A DNA stretch of 63,914 nt, filler included, from Olpidium bornovanus S191 (taxonomy: Eukaryota > Fungi > Olpidiomycota), in assembly GCA_017911155.1 (NCBI GenBank). It is 26 parts of 26 records of this genome, joined end to end, with 100 filler letters (N's around TTAATTAATTAA, not from the genome) between each part and the next. Parts side by side here need not be neighbours in the genome. Positions count along the whole stretch, not along the records: positions 1 to 1,334 come from JAEFCI010004086.1; positions 1,435 to 3,071 come from JAEFCI010006543.1; positions 3,172 to 4,428 come from JAEFCI010004925.1; positions 4,529 to 10,189 come from JAEFCI010004243.1; 22 more parts are not named here. One strand, written 5' to 3'. Of the stretch, positions 1 to 9,933 are shown piece after piece. Below the pieces are notes generated by a model. The model was not told where the DNA came from. It did no database searches and saw nothing but the letters and a program-made list of their open reading frames with translations. Numbering within the stretch: the first letter of the stretch is position 1; each line of letters begins with the position of its first letter. The position numbers were made by a program, and so were the translations under genes.

Positions 1-1233
1 CATGGTCAACCTGTGCTTTTCCGAGCAGAAATCGTGTTCTTCCGGACTTACGTAAACCCATTGGGCTGCGCTGCCCAGCGACGTTCGTATGAGCACTTCC
101 AGAGCACCCCTGTTGGTTTACGACTAGTCAGCCGGATGAAGGTGGAAGCTGCATAGGCCTCGTTTATTTGACATACAGCACGTCAGCCGGCGTCAGATGG
201 TGAACAAGTATCATCACCACCGGCGCGATGAACGGGCAGTATTCCAGATTTGGGAAATCATGGCCGATGATGGCCAGAAGCCGTCTCGTGCACTCTTGCC
301 CGCGGTCGCCCAATGCGAGGTACGGGAACTGCGAGTCAAGCTGGCCGCCGAATAACGGAGGCTTGAATGGGGGGACCACAGGGCCAAAGACGCGATGGAG
401 CGACTTTTCGTAGTCATACCCGTGATCTGCCCCAGAAAAAAAAAAGGAAAGAAAAGAAAAGCCGCCGTTTGATTGCCCGCGGCAAACGTGTCCCAAACAA
501 CCCCCGGCGCGTCTGTACCGCCGCGTCCGTACCACACAGGCCGTGCGCGTCCAGCAACTTGACCCACACCTCCTTCCTCATGTCGTCCGGGACGCCGGTG
601 CGGACGAGCTTTTTGAGTTTCCGAAGGTGCTTTTTGGCATTACTGCCGTCAAGCAGCAGCCGGCCGATGCCCTTCTTCCACTCCGTCCTGACTTCCTGTC
701 GGCGGGCCAGAATGAGCCGCCGAGAACCCGGTTTCCCTCTCACAGGCGGGCTCAACAACGAAGCCGAGCACGCCCACCTTCAAGCTCGGATAAGCGTAGT
801 AGAGCGCCGGGTCAACATACTCGGAAGTGGGCGAGTACGAGATGAACGGTCGACGCGGTGTCGCGAGGGAGGCAAGAGAGATAGGCGGCGCAAGCGGGCT
901 TCTCAACAGACCGAGAGCGCTCTGTTCGCAGCCGTCCGAGGCGCCCTCGCCCGAGGCGCCGTCCGCGTCGGCGGCGCCGCGCGCGGAAGGCGACACGGTC
1001 AGGAACGCAAAGATGGAGGCGGCGGGCGGCGAATGCCTGTGGCGGCGGGTCTCGCGGACCGGCTCGGGGGGGACGGCCAACAACAGCTGTGAGTCGCAGG
1101 GCGGCGGCGTCCCCGGCTCCCGCGGCGGGGGGGGCGGCGCGTCCAGATAGACCTCGGCGGTGATCGGCGGCAGCTTCCCGCGCGGCGCGGCCTCGGCGGG
1201 CCCGGCCTTCGGCAACCCACCGGCGGACGCCAC
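1..1233 (-). CDS. TBC1D24/Skywalker-like TBC (Rab-GAP fold) protein, 5' part, multi-exon
   Basis: Spliced with GT-AG introns (exons ~1233-778, 695-533, 426-~175 and further small exons), it reads LKKLVRTGVPDDMRKEVWVKLL ... PPLFGG ... GQECTRRLLAIIGHDFPNLEYCPFIAPVVMILVHHL. This resembles the TBC start motif and the TBC1D24 segment FPDISFCPALPAVVALLLH. The start codon is uncertain. Confidence 0.7.
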
Positions 1234-1273
1234 GGCGGGCAGAAGCAGCCGAGGTGGGGTGGGGGGGGGGGAA

Positions 1274-1318
<45 letters not shown>

Positions 1319-1334
1319 CGGGGGGGGGGGGGGG

Positions 1335-1434
1335 NNNNNNNNNNNNNNNNNNNNNNNNNNNNNNNNNNNNNNNNNNNNTTAATTAATTAANNNNNNNNNN
1401 NNNNNNNNNNNNNNNNNNNNNNNNNNNNNNNNNN
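1335..1434. other. Artificial contig-joining spacer (first of 25)
   Basis: 44 N + TTAATTAATTAA (stops in all six frames) + 44 N. Identical 100-bp blocks start at 1335, 3072, 4429, 10190, 12228, 15967, 18667, 20518, 22633, 26289, 28288, 31466, 34321, 38045, 41011, 42468, 44618, 45962, 47377, 49961, 51412, 53313, 57055, 60392 and 62665. Confidence 0.99.
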
Positions 1435-1971
1435 GGCGGAGTGGGGGGGGGGGGGGTGGGGGGGGGGGGGGGGGGGTGGGGGGGCGTAGGGGCGCGGAGG
1501 GGGGGAGGGGGAGAGGACAAAATTAGCCTGCGGGCAAACGGGCTGCCAAAAGGGGGGGCCCGATGAGCTCAGAAGCCGGGCGGATGACATAAGCAGCCGG
1601 CAAAAACGGCGCGCCGCGGCGAGAGAGGGCAGAGGGACCGCTCGCCCCCCCCCCCGCCCCTTACGGCCGCACGACGAATTGGCGCCTCCGCTAATAATTT
1701 TCGCGCGTTTGACCTGCGCCAAGTCTGCTTTTAGAATCCGCCCGTGTTCCGGGTCTGGGCGGGGCCCCCTCGTCGAGACAACGCCTTGGCGCTATTTTTG
1801 GCTTGTGCTCTCAGCGCGGCACAAAACTCCGCTCCCTGCCCTTCTGCGGCGGAACCTTGCGGCCGTACTCAGCAGCCCCCTCCTCCTCTTCGCCCCGCGG
1901 TCTCTAAAGCCGCCCTCCCGTTCGTTCGCCTGCTTCTCTTACCCTGCGTCTGCCTTTTGTTAGCCGTCCTC

Positions 1972-2060
1972 GCCTGCCTTGCTGTCCTGTTTGCCCTCCT
2001 CGCCTGCCCTGCTGTCCTGTCCGCCTTCCTCGCTGCTTTGTTTTCTTGTTTTCCCTCGCT
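1972..2060 (-). repeat. Three-copy 30-bp tandem repeat (third copy 29 bp)
   Basis: + strand units: gcctgccttgctgtcctgtttgccctcctc / gcctgccctgctgtcctgtccgccttcctc / gctgctttgttttcttgttttccctcgct. On the minus strand they encode EEGKQDSKAG-like decapeptides ending in TAA. Confidence 0.75.
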
Positions 2061-4106
2061 GTTTTCGCTCGCGCTCTCCCTTTTGCTGCCGGCCTTTCTT
2101 TGCCTTTGGTTGCCCGCAGCCCGCCGTCGAGTTTGAGCCGGCGTTTGGCTCGCAAACCTAGACTTTGGAAGTGGGGAAGGGGGACGGAGAGGGTGGTAGC
2201 CGTCTAGTCGGAGACGCCGCGGGGGTTTGTACTTTGTCGTGGAATCTTATATTAATTTTATAAGTTCGGACCTCATTATGGACGCATTCTGGGATTTTTT
2301 TTTGTATGCGGGGCGGAGGGATGAGGGAGAGGGAGGAGGCGCAGGCACTTTGCGCTTGGTAAAGTTCTTTCAAGTCGTGGCGCAGCATTATTGTCCGCCG
2401 TCAGCCCGGGTTGTCGGTGCTTTGGCATCTGCAAGCAAAACTAAAAAAAATTGCCAAGGGCATTCTCGTAGCCGGAGACCGTCGCCAAATTTTATAAAAA
2501 GTGATTGTCTGCAAAAATCCGTCGCCGAATCCCACGAGAGTGACCATTTCCCATATCCGCCGCCGACGCTTGAACTGCCACGTGCCGTTTCCAAGAAATT
2601 TCGACAAACCGGAGTCGCGGTGCGCAGATATAATTACGGCGATGAGTGCGCAAAAAAAGTTATCAATACGGCGGGGTCGACAGCTATCCGCCGGTCGCGG
2701 CTGGGAGCAGGGGAGCTTCGGCATGTAATGTCGATCTGGTTGTTTGGTTCCGTCTACCGGCAGACGTCAACGCGAGTGCATGGAGTAGTGGTGTGGGCAC
2801 CCGAGACTATGCTATCTAGAACCTCTCTGCATCCAACACTGCGTCTTTGTACTACTGAAGTGTACGCATGCCAAGTAATCATCACCTCCTTATTATATCT
2901 TGCTATGCAGACCCCGGCCAATACTGTCTTGTTTTGATGTCAATCCACCCCCTCGACGCATAGCCTCGTTTCCTCACCAGACTCGGAGCGTTTGCCAACT
3001 CTGATCGTGAGCCACGAGAGGCTCTCGCCGCCTTCTTTGACCGTAATTCAAATCCATCGGCATCCCGTCAANNNNNNNNNNNNNNNNNNNNNNNNNNNNN
3101 NNNNNNNNNNNNNNNTTAATTAATTAANNNNNNNNNNNNNNNNNNNNNNNNNNNNNNNNNNNNNNNNNNNNCATGTCGAACTCGTCTTCGCCAACAATGC
3201 CGCCCCAATCTTGATTCGCGTACCCCGGCTAAAGTCGATTTTGTTCCTCTTCACTGCCTCACAAAGCAAAAATAAAAAATGACGGTCAAAAGCCCGCAGC
3301 AGAAAAGATTTTATGCGTTGAAACCTGGCACAAGTGGTCACGGTAAGCTCTCTTTTTCGTGAAGCAGTACAGGGAAACTCAAATGTCAAAAAAAAAAACC
3401 AGCGACCGGCTTGGTGCGGAAAGCCGCACGTGACCCCCCCACACCGGCCGTCCCAACATATTCAGCAAGACGTGGTCCCGAAATAGGCCCTCTCCGGTAT
3501 AATATCCCGGCGAATTTGCCTTGATGCCTATCTCCCCACTTCCCAACCCCCCACACACACCCCTCCCTCGTCCCGTAAAAAATGTCGACTTCGCGCTATC
3601 TGTTAAGTAAAATCTGAAAGTGTCCCTTTTTTTGTCCATTTCTACATAAGTTGCTTGCGACCGCCCATCCGGCCGATTTCAGATTGGAGACGGTATCTAA
3701 TACCCATTGGCGTGCCCAACCGAACGAATACCGTGAAAGAGTGATGCTCAAGATGTAATGCAGTTGACGCTCGGAAAATTGATGGCTTGGATAGTCCGCG
3801 GCAATGAAACGAGTCTGAACGGCTCAAACGTTCCTCAACGACAGTGCCCTTCCCCTTGTCCCGCGGGTGGGAGATCGGCGGAGGAGCATAGTCTGGATCG
3901 GTTTTCCTAAGTATTCAAGCACCGTCCGGAGTGCTGCAGCAGGGGGGGGGGAGGATACCGCGCAGCGGTTTTCGTGCGCTGTCCCGGCCATTTGAAGCCG
4001 CTGTGAAACTTGCGCACGAAGATTTTGGAACGTGCACGCAGCTCTCTCGGCCGCCACGACGCCAGATTTCTTGGAAACTCCCAAGTAAAAACGTCAACGC
4101 ATCCAC

Positions 4107-4428
4107 TTGGCGTACGACTTCATTAAAGTCGCCTGTAACGTGCTGGCACCCCACTCGGAGCTTGCGCGTCCGCGCTCGAGGACAAACAGAGCGTCGCGGG
4201 CGGTGATCTTGCTCGGTGGACGGGGGGCTGGCGGCTCCAGCGGGTCGCGAGCGGGGCTGCCGCGTTCGGCGCCGACGGGCGTGGCAGGAGGTCTGCCCGA
4301 CGTCATCCATGATTTGCTCATAAAGCCGGCCGAGGCCAGTGCGGTCTGGTTGCTCAACCGGCTGCGCACCGTTTCCGGCAGGAACTTCTCGCGTGTCGCG
4401 GCGGACTGGACCTTCGATTTCTTGGACG
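4107..4428 (+). CDS. Hypothetical protein fragment, runs off contig end
   Basis: Open frame with protein-like composition (AYDFIKVACNVL ... LPDVIHDLLIKPAEASAVWLLNRLRTVSGRNFSRVAADWTFDFLD). No family recognised. Confidence 0.3.
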
Positions 4429-4528
4429 NNNNNNNNNNNNNNNNNNNNNNNNNNNNNNNNNNNNNNNNNNNNTTAATTAATTAANNNNNNNNNNNNNNNN
4501 NNNNNNNNNNNNNNNNNNNNNNNNNNNN

Positions 4529-7500
4529 CCCCCGTCTCGGTTGCGACCGGGTCGCCGGTGCGGCGACGGCGGGGCGACGGAGAGGGGTCAGTTCGGCCGC
4601 GAGGTTAGGCTGTTCCTCCTGTCCCGAGAGGGTCTCCTGCCTGCGGCTGCGGCGGCCCACGGGGTCGCCACCGTTCGGGACCGCTTCGGCGGCGGGAGAA
4701 AACGCGACCGATAACCTGCGCGGGAGCCCGGCCTGGGGGGCGGCGGCCTCGGCCGACTTTGGTGGAGAAGAAGAAGATACTTTCGCGGGCGAGACGGTGG
4801 CGGCGGCGGCCCTGGCGGTCGCGGCGGACGACCTCCTTCTGCCGGAGACCGGGGAAAGAAGACGCGCGCCTTCGGCGGCCGGCGGCGGCGTCGTCTCCGG
4901 ATCGGAGATGGCGGCGGCGCCGGGCAGGGAGAACGGCTTGGCGGCAGCCCCCGCCGCCGTCAGGAAGAAGAAGCTGGCGTAGCGGAGGACGGCCTGCTGG
5001 CGATTCAGGATTTTGGCGCGCTTTTTCGGCTCGCCTAGCGTGTGGAGGCTTTTTTTTTTCCGTTTTGCCAACGGGCACGTTTGCCGGATGGAGAAAACTT
5101 TGTGTGGCGACCGACGTGACAATCTCTGGCCGAAAAGTTCTTTTCCTTACCTGCCGGTCACAAGCTGCATTTTCTCCTGCCACTCCTGGTTCAGGGTCGC
5201 GAGGTCGCAGCGGAGAGCGTCGATCTCGGCCTGGTAGGCCTCGCCTTGCTCCGCCATCTGCTTCTCGTGCTCCTGCTCGAGTTCAACGATCTGTTGAAGC
5301 CACTCCTCCTCCGTGGGCTGCATCCCGCCGCCGCCGGAACCCGGCAGCCTCAGGCCCGCGGAGGACCGGCGCCGGCCTCCTCCGCTGCCGTGCAAAACCT
5401 TGGAGCAGACGCTGGGGGCCAGAGACCCGCGGCGCGACGCGCGCGCAACGGTCGCGGCAGTGTTCCGCCTGAACCTCACCGCGTCCGGGGGCAGCTCCCC
5501 CGCGAAGGACTCCTGCGACTCGAAATCGACGGCGGTCGGCGGGCGCGTGAACGGCGCCGCCGCCCCCGCCGTCGCCGCCCGCGACCTGTCGGATTCTGCC
5601 CAGCTCTCGGCGATTGATGGCGCCGCGGCCAGGAGCGTTCCGGCGCCGCCGTCGGACCCCGCGCCCGCGGCGGCGCCTTTGCGCGACCGCGCGGACGTCC
5701 CGGCGGCTCCCGGGGGCACCGGGCTGTTGTTCCTCTCCATCGCCGCCTCCAGCTGGGCGACCCGCGCTTCCAGATCCGCCTTCTCCCTCTCCCGGTCGTA
5801 CACCTGTGCCGTCAGCCGGGCTATGAGGTCTCCCTCCTCGGAAGACCAACCCGTGGCGAACCCGTTGTACAGCTCAGCGTCGTTGACCTCCCTCTCCCTG
5901 CACAGCTGGTGATACCGGAGAAGCATGTGCTTCATCTTCTCCTTCTCGTCCTCCTTCTTCCGCAGCTCGCGCTTCCCGCTCTGGATCCGCTCGTTCAGCT
6001 CGCAGACGTGCGCGTTGTGCGCCGCCTTGCATTCCTCCAGCTTTGCTTCGTGGTACTTCTGCCGGGCTCGCGGATTCGAAATGCGCGTCAGGAAAAGTGT
6101 TGTGTTTTTTTTTTTTTTTTTTTTTTTTTTTGGTTTGGATTTGAACACTGATTTTGATATATATTTTCTTCGGGAAATTGGTGAATTCCTCGTCCGGAAA
6201 AAAGAACCAACGGGAGGGGAAAAACGAAAAACGAAAAAGAAAGAAAAGAAAAAAAACGCAAGCGAAAAATGAAAATGAAAAAAGAAAAAAGAAAAAAAAA
6301 TGCGGGGAGTGGGGTTTGGGGGGGGGAAAAAATAAAACAGAGACAAATTCAAAAAAGCAGAAATAAACAAGAAAAACAGGAAAAAAAGGAAAAGAGGAAA
6401 GGAAAAAAAAGAAATAAAACCGTGGGGAAAGGGAGGGAAAAAGAAAAACCAAAAAAGCAAAAAAAAAGTGCAAAAAGTGAATAAAACGGAAAAACGAACG
6501 AAAAAACGAGAAATGCACATAAAAAATGGAAAAACAACAGAAATCGAAAACGAAATTGAAAAGAAAAGGAAAGAGAAAAGAAAAAAAAGAAAAAAGAAAA
6601 AAAGAAAACAAAAAAGAAAGAAAAATTATAACAATATTTGTACACTTATATTAGATGTTCAACAAAGTATATTTTTATTGTAATCGCTAAAAGAAGAAAA
6701 AAAAAGAAGGAAGAAACGAAAAAATCTGATAAAAAGGAAAAAAGAAAAGGAACTTTTCTCGGACAAACCCCCAATCCGCACCCCTTCCCCCGTTTGTGCC
6801 CCCTCACCATGTGCTTGTGAGCGACCTCGCAGACGGCGTCCGCAAGCTGGGTCCTGAACGAAGAGCGCAACAGGTCGATGGACTGCTTGTGCTGCTGCTC
6901 CAGCTCCTTCAGCCGCTCCTTCGTCCGGCAGTACAGATCGTGGGCCTTGTCCGAGATCATCTGCTTGAAGTTCGTCGTCACCACCTCCCGCGTCCGCTGC
7001 AGGTCCTGGAGAGATAGAAAGAGAGAGAGGGCCACCAGGCAAGTCGGCGAATCACGAACAGGGTCAACTTCCCCCCCGCCCACCCCACACCCGCCACAAT
7101 TTCCCCCCCAAAGACCGCCACTCCGGGCGAGCCCAGTCGGGGTTCCCGAACAGGCGATGGGGGTACAAAAAACATTTGGCGGTCAGCAGCGCACGGCGGC
7201 AGTTGAAAGGTTTTGGCCCCCCGGGCGAGGGAGTGTGCCAGGGTTCAAGTTGCCGCTTGCCCCTCCCCTCTTTCTCACTCTCCTCCCTCCTTCTCTCTCT
7301 CTCTCCTCCTATCTCTCTCCTCTTTTCCCCACCGTCTGCAGGTCGAACAGGATCAACTCGAGCTCCTTAAACTGCACGAGTTCGGTTTCGTCGGTCTGGC
7401 TGGCCCTTGACGCCCGGGACGTTCCGTACGACTCAAACGTCGAGTTCAGCGCCTTGCGGATCAGCTCCTTGCTGTCGACCGCATCTTCGAAGATCCCCTT

Positions 7501-7626
7501 GATCACCGGCCGGGGCCGCCGCCCGCCCGCGCCGCAGCTCGCCGTCCCTCCGCCGCCGCCGCCGCCGCCCGCCGCAAGGTTGGCGTTCCGGGGCGTGTTA
7601 GCCTGAAGGGCCTGCGCTGCCGCCAT
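4529..7626 (-). CDS. C10orf67: C10orf67-like coiled-coil protein (DUF4709-like N-terminus, DUF4724-like C-terminus), 3' partial
   Basis: Exons 7626-7333, 7005-6808, 6058-5151 and 5048-contig end join in frame through GT-AG introns. Motifs ASQTDETELVQFKEL, LRSSFRTQLADAV and GSLHTLGEPKKRAKILNRQQAVLRYASF parallel remembered C10orf67 segments ([54 protein letters not shown]). Confidence 0.7.
6100..6760. repeat. A-rich low-complexity tract inside a 750-bp intron
   Basis: Poly-T at ~6105-6130, then hundreds of bases of degenerate A/AAAG runs inside intron 6059-6807. The F- and K-rich ORFs here are compositional artefacts. Confidence 0.85.
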
Positions 7627-8469
7627 TGCGTGTGCGTGTGCGGGTGTAGGCAATTGGCTTTTCCCCTCACTCTCTCGTTCCCGGCCCCTCGTCGCCTTTC
7701 ATAACAGCGGGCGCCATAGCAACGAGGGAAGACGCTGAGTAACTTCGCGGGGGGGTTTTTTTTTCCGCACGAGGGACTTCCCCCCTTCCCCCCCGCCAAC
7801 CCACGCGCCGCCTGCGTCCGCATTCCGCCCCTTTCTCCCCTTCCCCCAAGCCCACTCCCCGCAACCCCGTCCCGCTTGGACTCGGACGCGACCCCCCCTC
7901 CCCCCCCAGGCCAGAACTCCCCATAGGAGCTGGCTCAGGTGGCAACGAAGCCCTCGTGCGCCCTCGACTCCACTGGAGTCCGCCACTGCAGCGGAGGGAG
8001 CAGGCCTCTCGGCTGTTGCCGAGGGAGGCCATGCGGGCGCTGACGTCGAGGCCCAAAGACGCGTGTGTTTGGCTTCCATCCTGGCAACGGCCGGGGTGCT
8101 TTTCCCGCAGAGGGCGGGCAGCGACCACGCTGACTAAATGTCGCACATTTTTTCGCACTGCAACCCCTTTCTTTCCATGCCTTACTCGTACGCGTGTTCC
8201 TACTGAGGCCCCCATGAGAGTCCCGCCGCTGGCCTGCATGTCCGAAATCCCGGGTGTCGGATGTTGAACTTCCTTCCTTTCATAGTCATATTCAAATTAT
8301 TTACGTCGTTAAATAGAAAACTCGTGGCCAGTTCCAAAAATAAAATTTGCTACACCTTGGTGAGCTTCACTCCTCCAAAGATAGCGCCAACCTCACATGC
8401 TAACCCTGAAAGATTTTTCCTGGACTTTTCCCGTGCTAGTTAGGCAGCGTCCTGTTTCTAGCCTTACGG

Positions 8470-9030
8470 GCCATGCAGAATCCGAATAAAACCTCAAAAG
8501 CAGAATCTGAAGCAAATTCGGTTAAAGAATCCGATGCAAACAGGATTTTGAAGCAGATTCTGATGCAGCGTCCGGCGCCTATCAAGAAACCGGAATCCGA
8601 TGCCGAATCCGACGCAAATTCAAAAGCAGAACCCGGCACAGATTTTGATGAAGATTCGACACAAATTTTGACGTATAATCGGACACAGATTCTGAAGCAA
8701 AATCTGATGAAGGTTCTGACGCGGAAAGCAAGGCAGGTTCAAATGCAGAATATGATGCAGGTGCAAAGGCAGAAGAACACACCTGTTCAGAAGCAGAATC
8801 TGATGCAGCTTAGGACACAGCTTTGGACGCAGATTTACGCAGAATCTGAAGCAGAATATACGGTATATCTGACGTTTAGCACATAATCCGAAGCGGATCC
8901 AAGGAGATTCGGCGGCAAAATTTAATGAAAAAAGATGCATATTTTAGGCAGACACCCATGTAAAATCCAACACAGATTTCGACACGGGTTCAGATATAGA
9001 AATCCAATGCAGAAATCTGAAACATAAATC
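8470..9030 (+). repeat. Decayed 12-bp-period repeat (GCAGA[AT]TC[TC]GA[AT])
   Basis: Repeated gcagaatctgaa / gcagattctgat / gcagaatatgat units encode AESE/ADSD-like tetrapeptides in shifting frames, interrupted by stops. Confidence 0.7.
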
Positions 9031-9372
9031 AAATCAACAATTGGAAGCATAGACAAACGATAATTGACAAATGACAATTGATAATTGGCACGATCGATAG
9101 CTGAAATTAATGTACGTAACAAGTGTAACAGGTGCGCGATTCTGGAAATAATATATACACGAGTCTGGCTCTGGAGTCTAGATCTGGATCTGGATGCGAA
9201 TGCTTAATGCTTAGATGTTATGGACGATCTACATCTAAAGTACGCAGGGCGTTGCGCTTTAGGCGCGGTTATGCTGGTGTGTGATCTTGATAGTGCTGCG
9301 CGTACCGCCGGTGCCAGTACCGTGTACCGGTGCGTCATGCCGTACCGGTGCGCACAATCCAGTTTTGCGGCT

Positions 9373-9585
9373 CCGGTACTGGCGTCGGGCTCGGAGATAT
9401 TCTGAATTATCTCTTATTACGGCGCCGGTACTGGCAGCGGTCTCGGAGATATTCCATAGGCCATTATTATGGCGCCGGTACTGGCAGCGGGCCCGGAGAT
9501 ATTCCATAGGCCGTTATTATGGCGCCGGTACTGGCAGCGGGCTCGGAGATATTCCATAGGCCGTTATATGGCGCCGGTACTGGCG
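9373..9585. repeat. 50-bp minisatellite, about 4 copies
   Basis: Unit ggcgccggtactggcagcgggcccggagatattccataggccgttattat at 9421-9470, 9471-9520 and 9521-9569, with a diverged copy at 9373-9420 and a partial copy at 9570-9585. Confidence 0.92.
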
Positions 9586-9700
9586 CCAGGCCTTGGAATT
9601 AATCTCCGCAGCCACAGTGTGGTGGGAATTCGCCGGTGCTACGGCTTACCACATCGCTGGCGCACTATACACACCGTTTCGGTCTTGGTCTTGATCTGGA

Positions 9701-9933
9701 GGTCACGTGATGTCGTGACTAGACACACCGGTGTGTCTAGCGATCTCGGCGATTTCAAGGTCACGTGACTTGCACTTGGCGGGCTGTCTCGATAAAGGCT
9801 TGACGTAGCCCGAGAGGGGTTTGACACCACCGGAGCGCGCGCCGTGACACCCCTCCCACTTTTTGGCTTACGAAATGTCAAAACAAACCAAAGCGCGCTC
9901 TTGCTGAACTTAAATCTTGACGGATATAAAAGG
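9701..9933 (+). promoter_or_regulatory. Putative promoter: two TCACGTGA boxes flanking a 22-bp perfect palindrome, plus TATAAAAG
   Basis: ggtcacgtga at 9701-9710 and 9759-9768; palindrome ctagacacaccggtgtgtctag at 9719-9740; tataaaagg at 9925-9933. Confidence 0.45.

Noticed and set aside
1379-1390. TTAATTAATTAA repeated 25 times as a regulatory or CRISPR-like repeat
   Set aside because: Always embedded in 44-N flanks; it is an artificial six-frame-stop linker. Gene neighbourhoods across spacers are meaningless.
5874-6820. Phe-rich and Lys-rich ORFs as membrane or basic proteins
   Set aside because: Translations of an intronic A/T homopolymer tract.
9373-9585. CRISPR array
   Set aside because: Units are head-to-tail with no unique spacers, no cas genes are present, and the context is eukaryotic.
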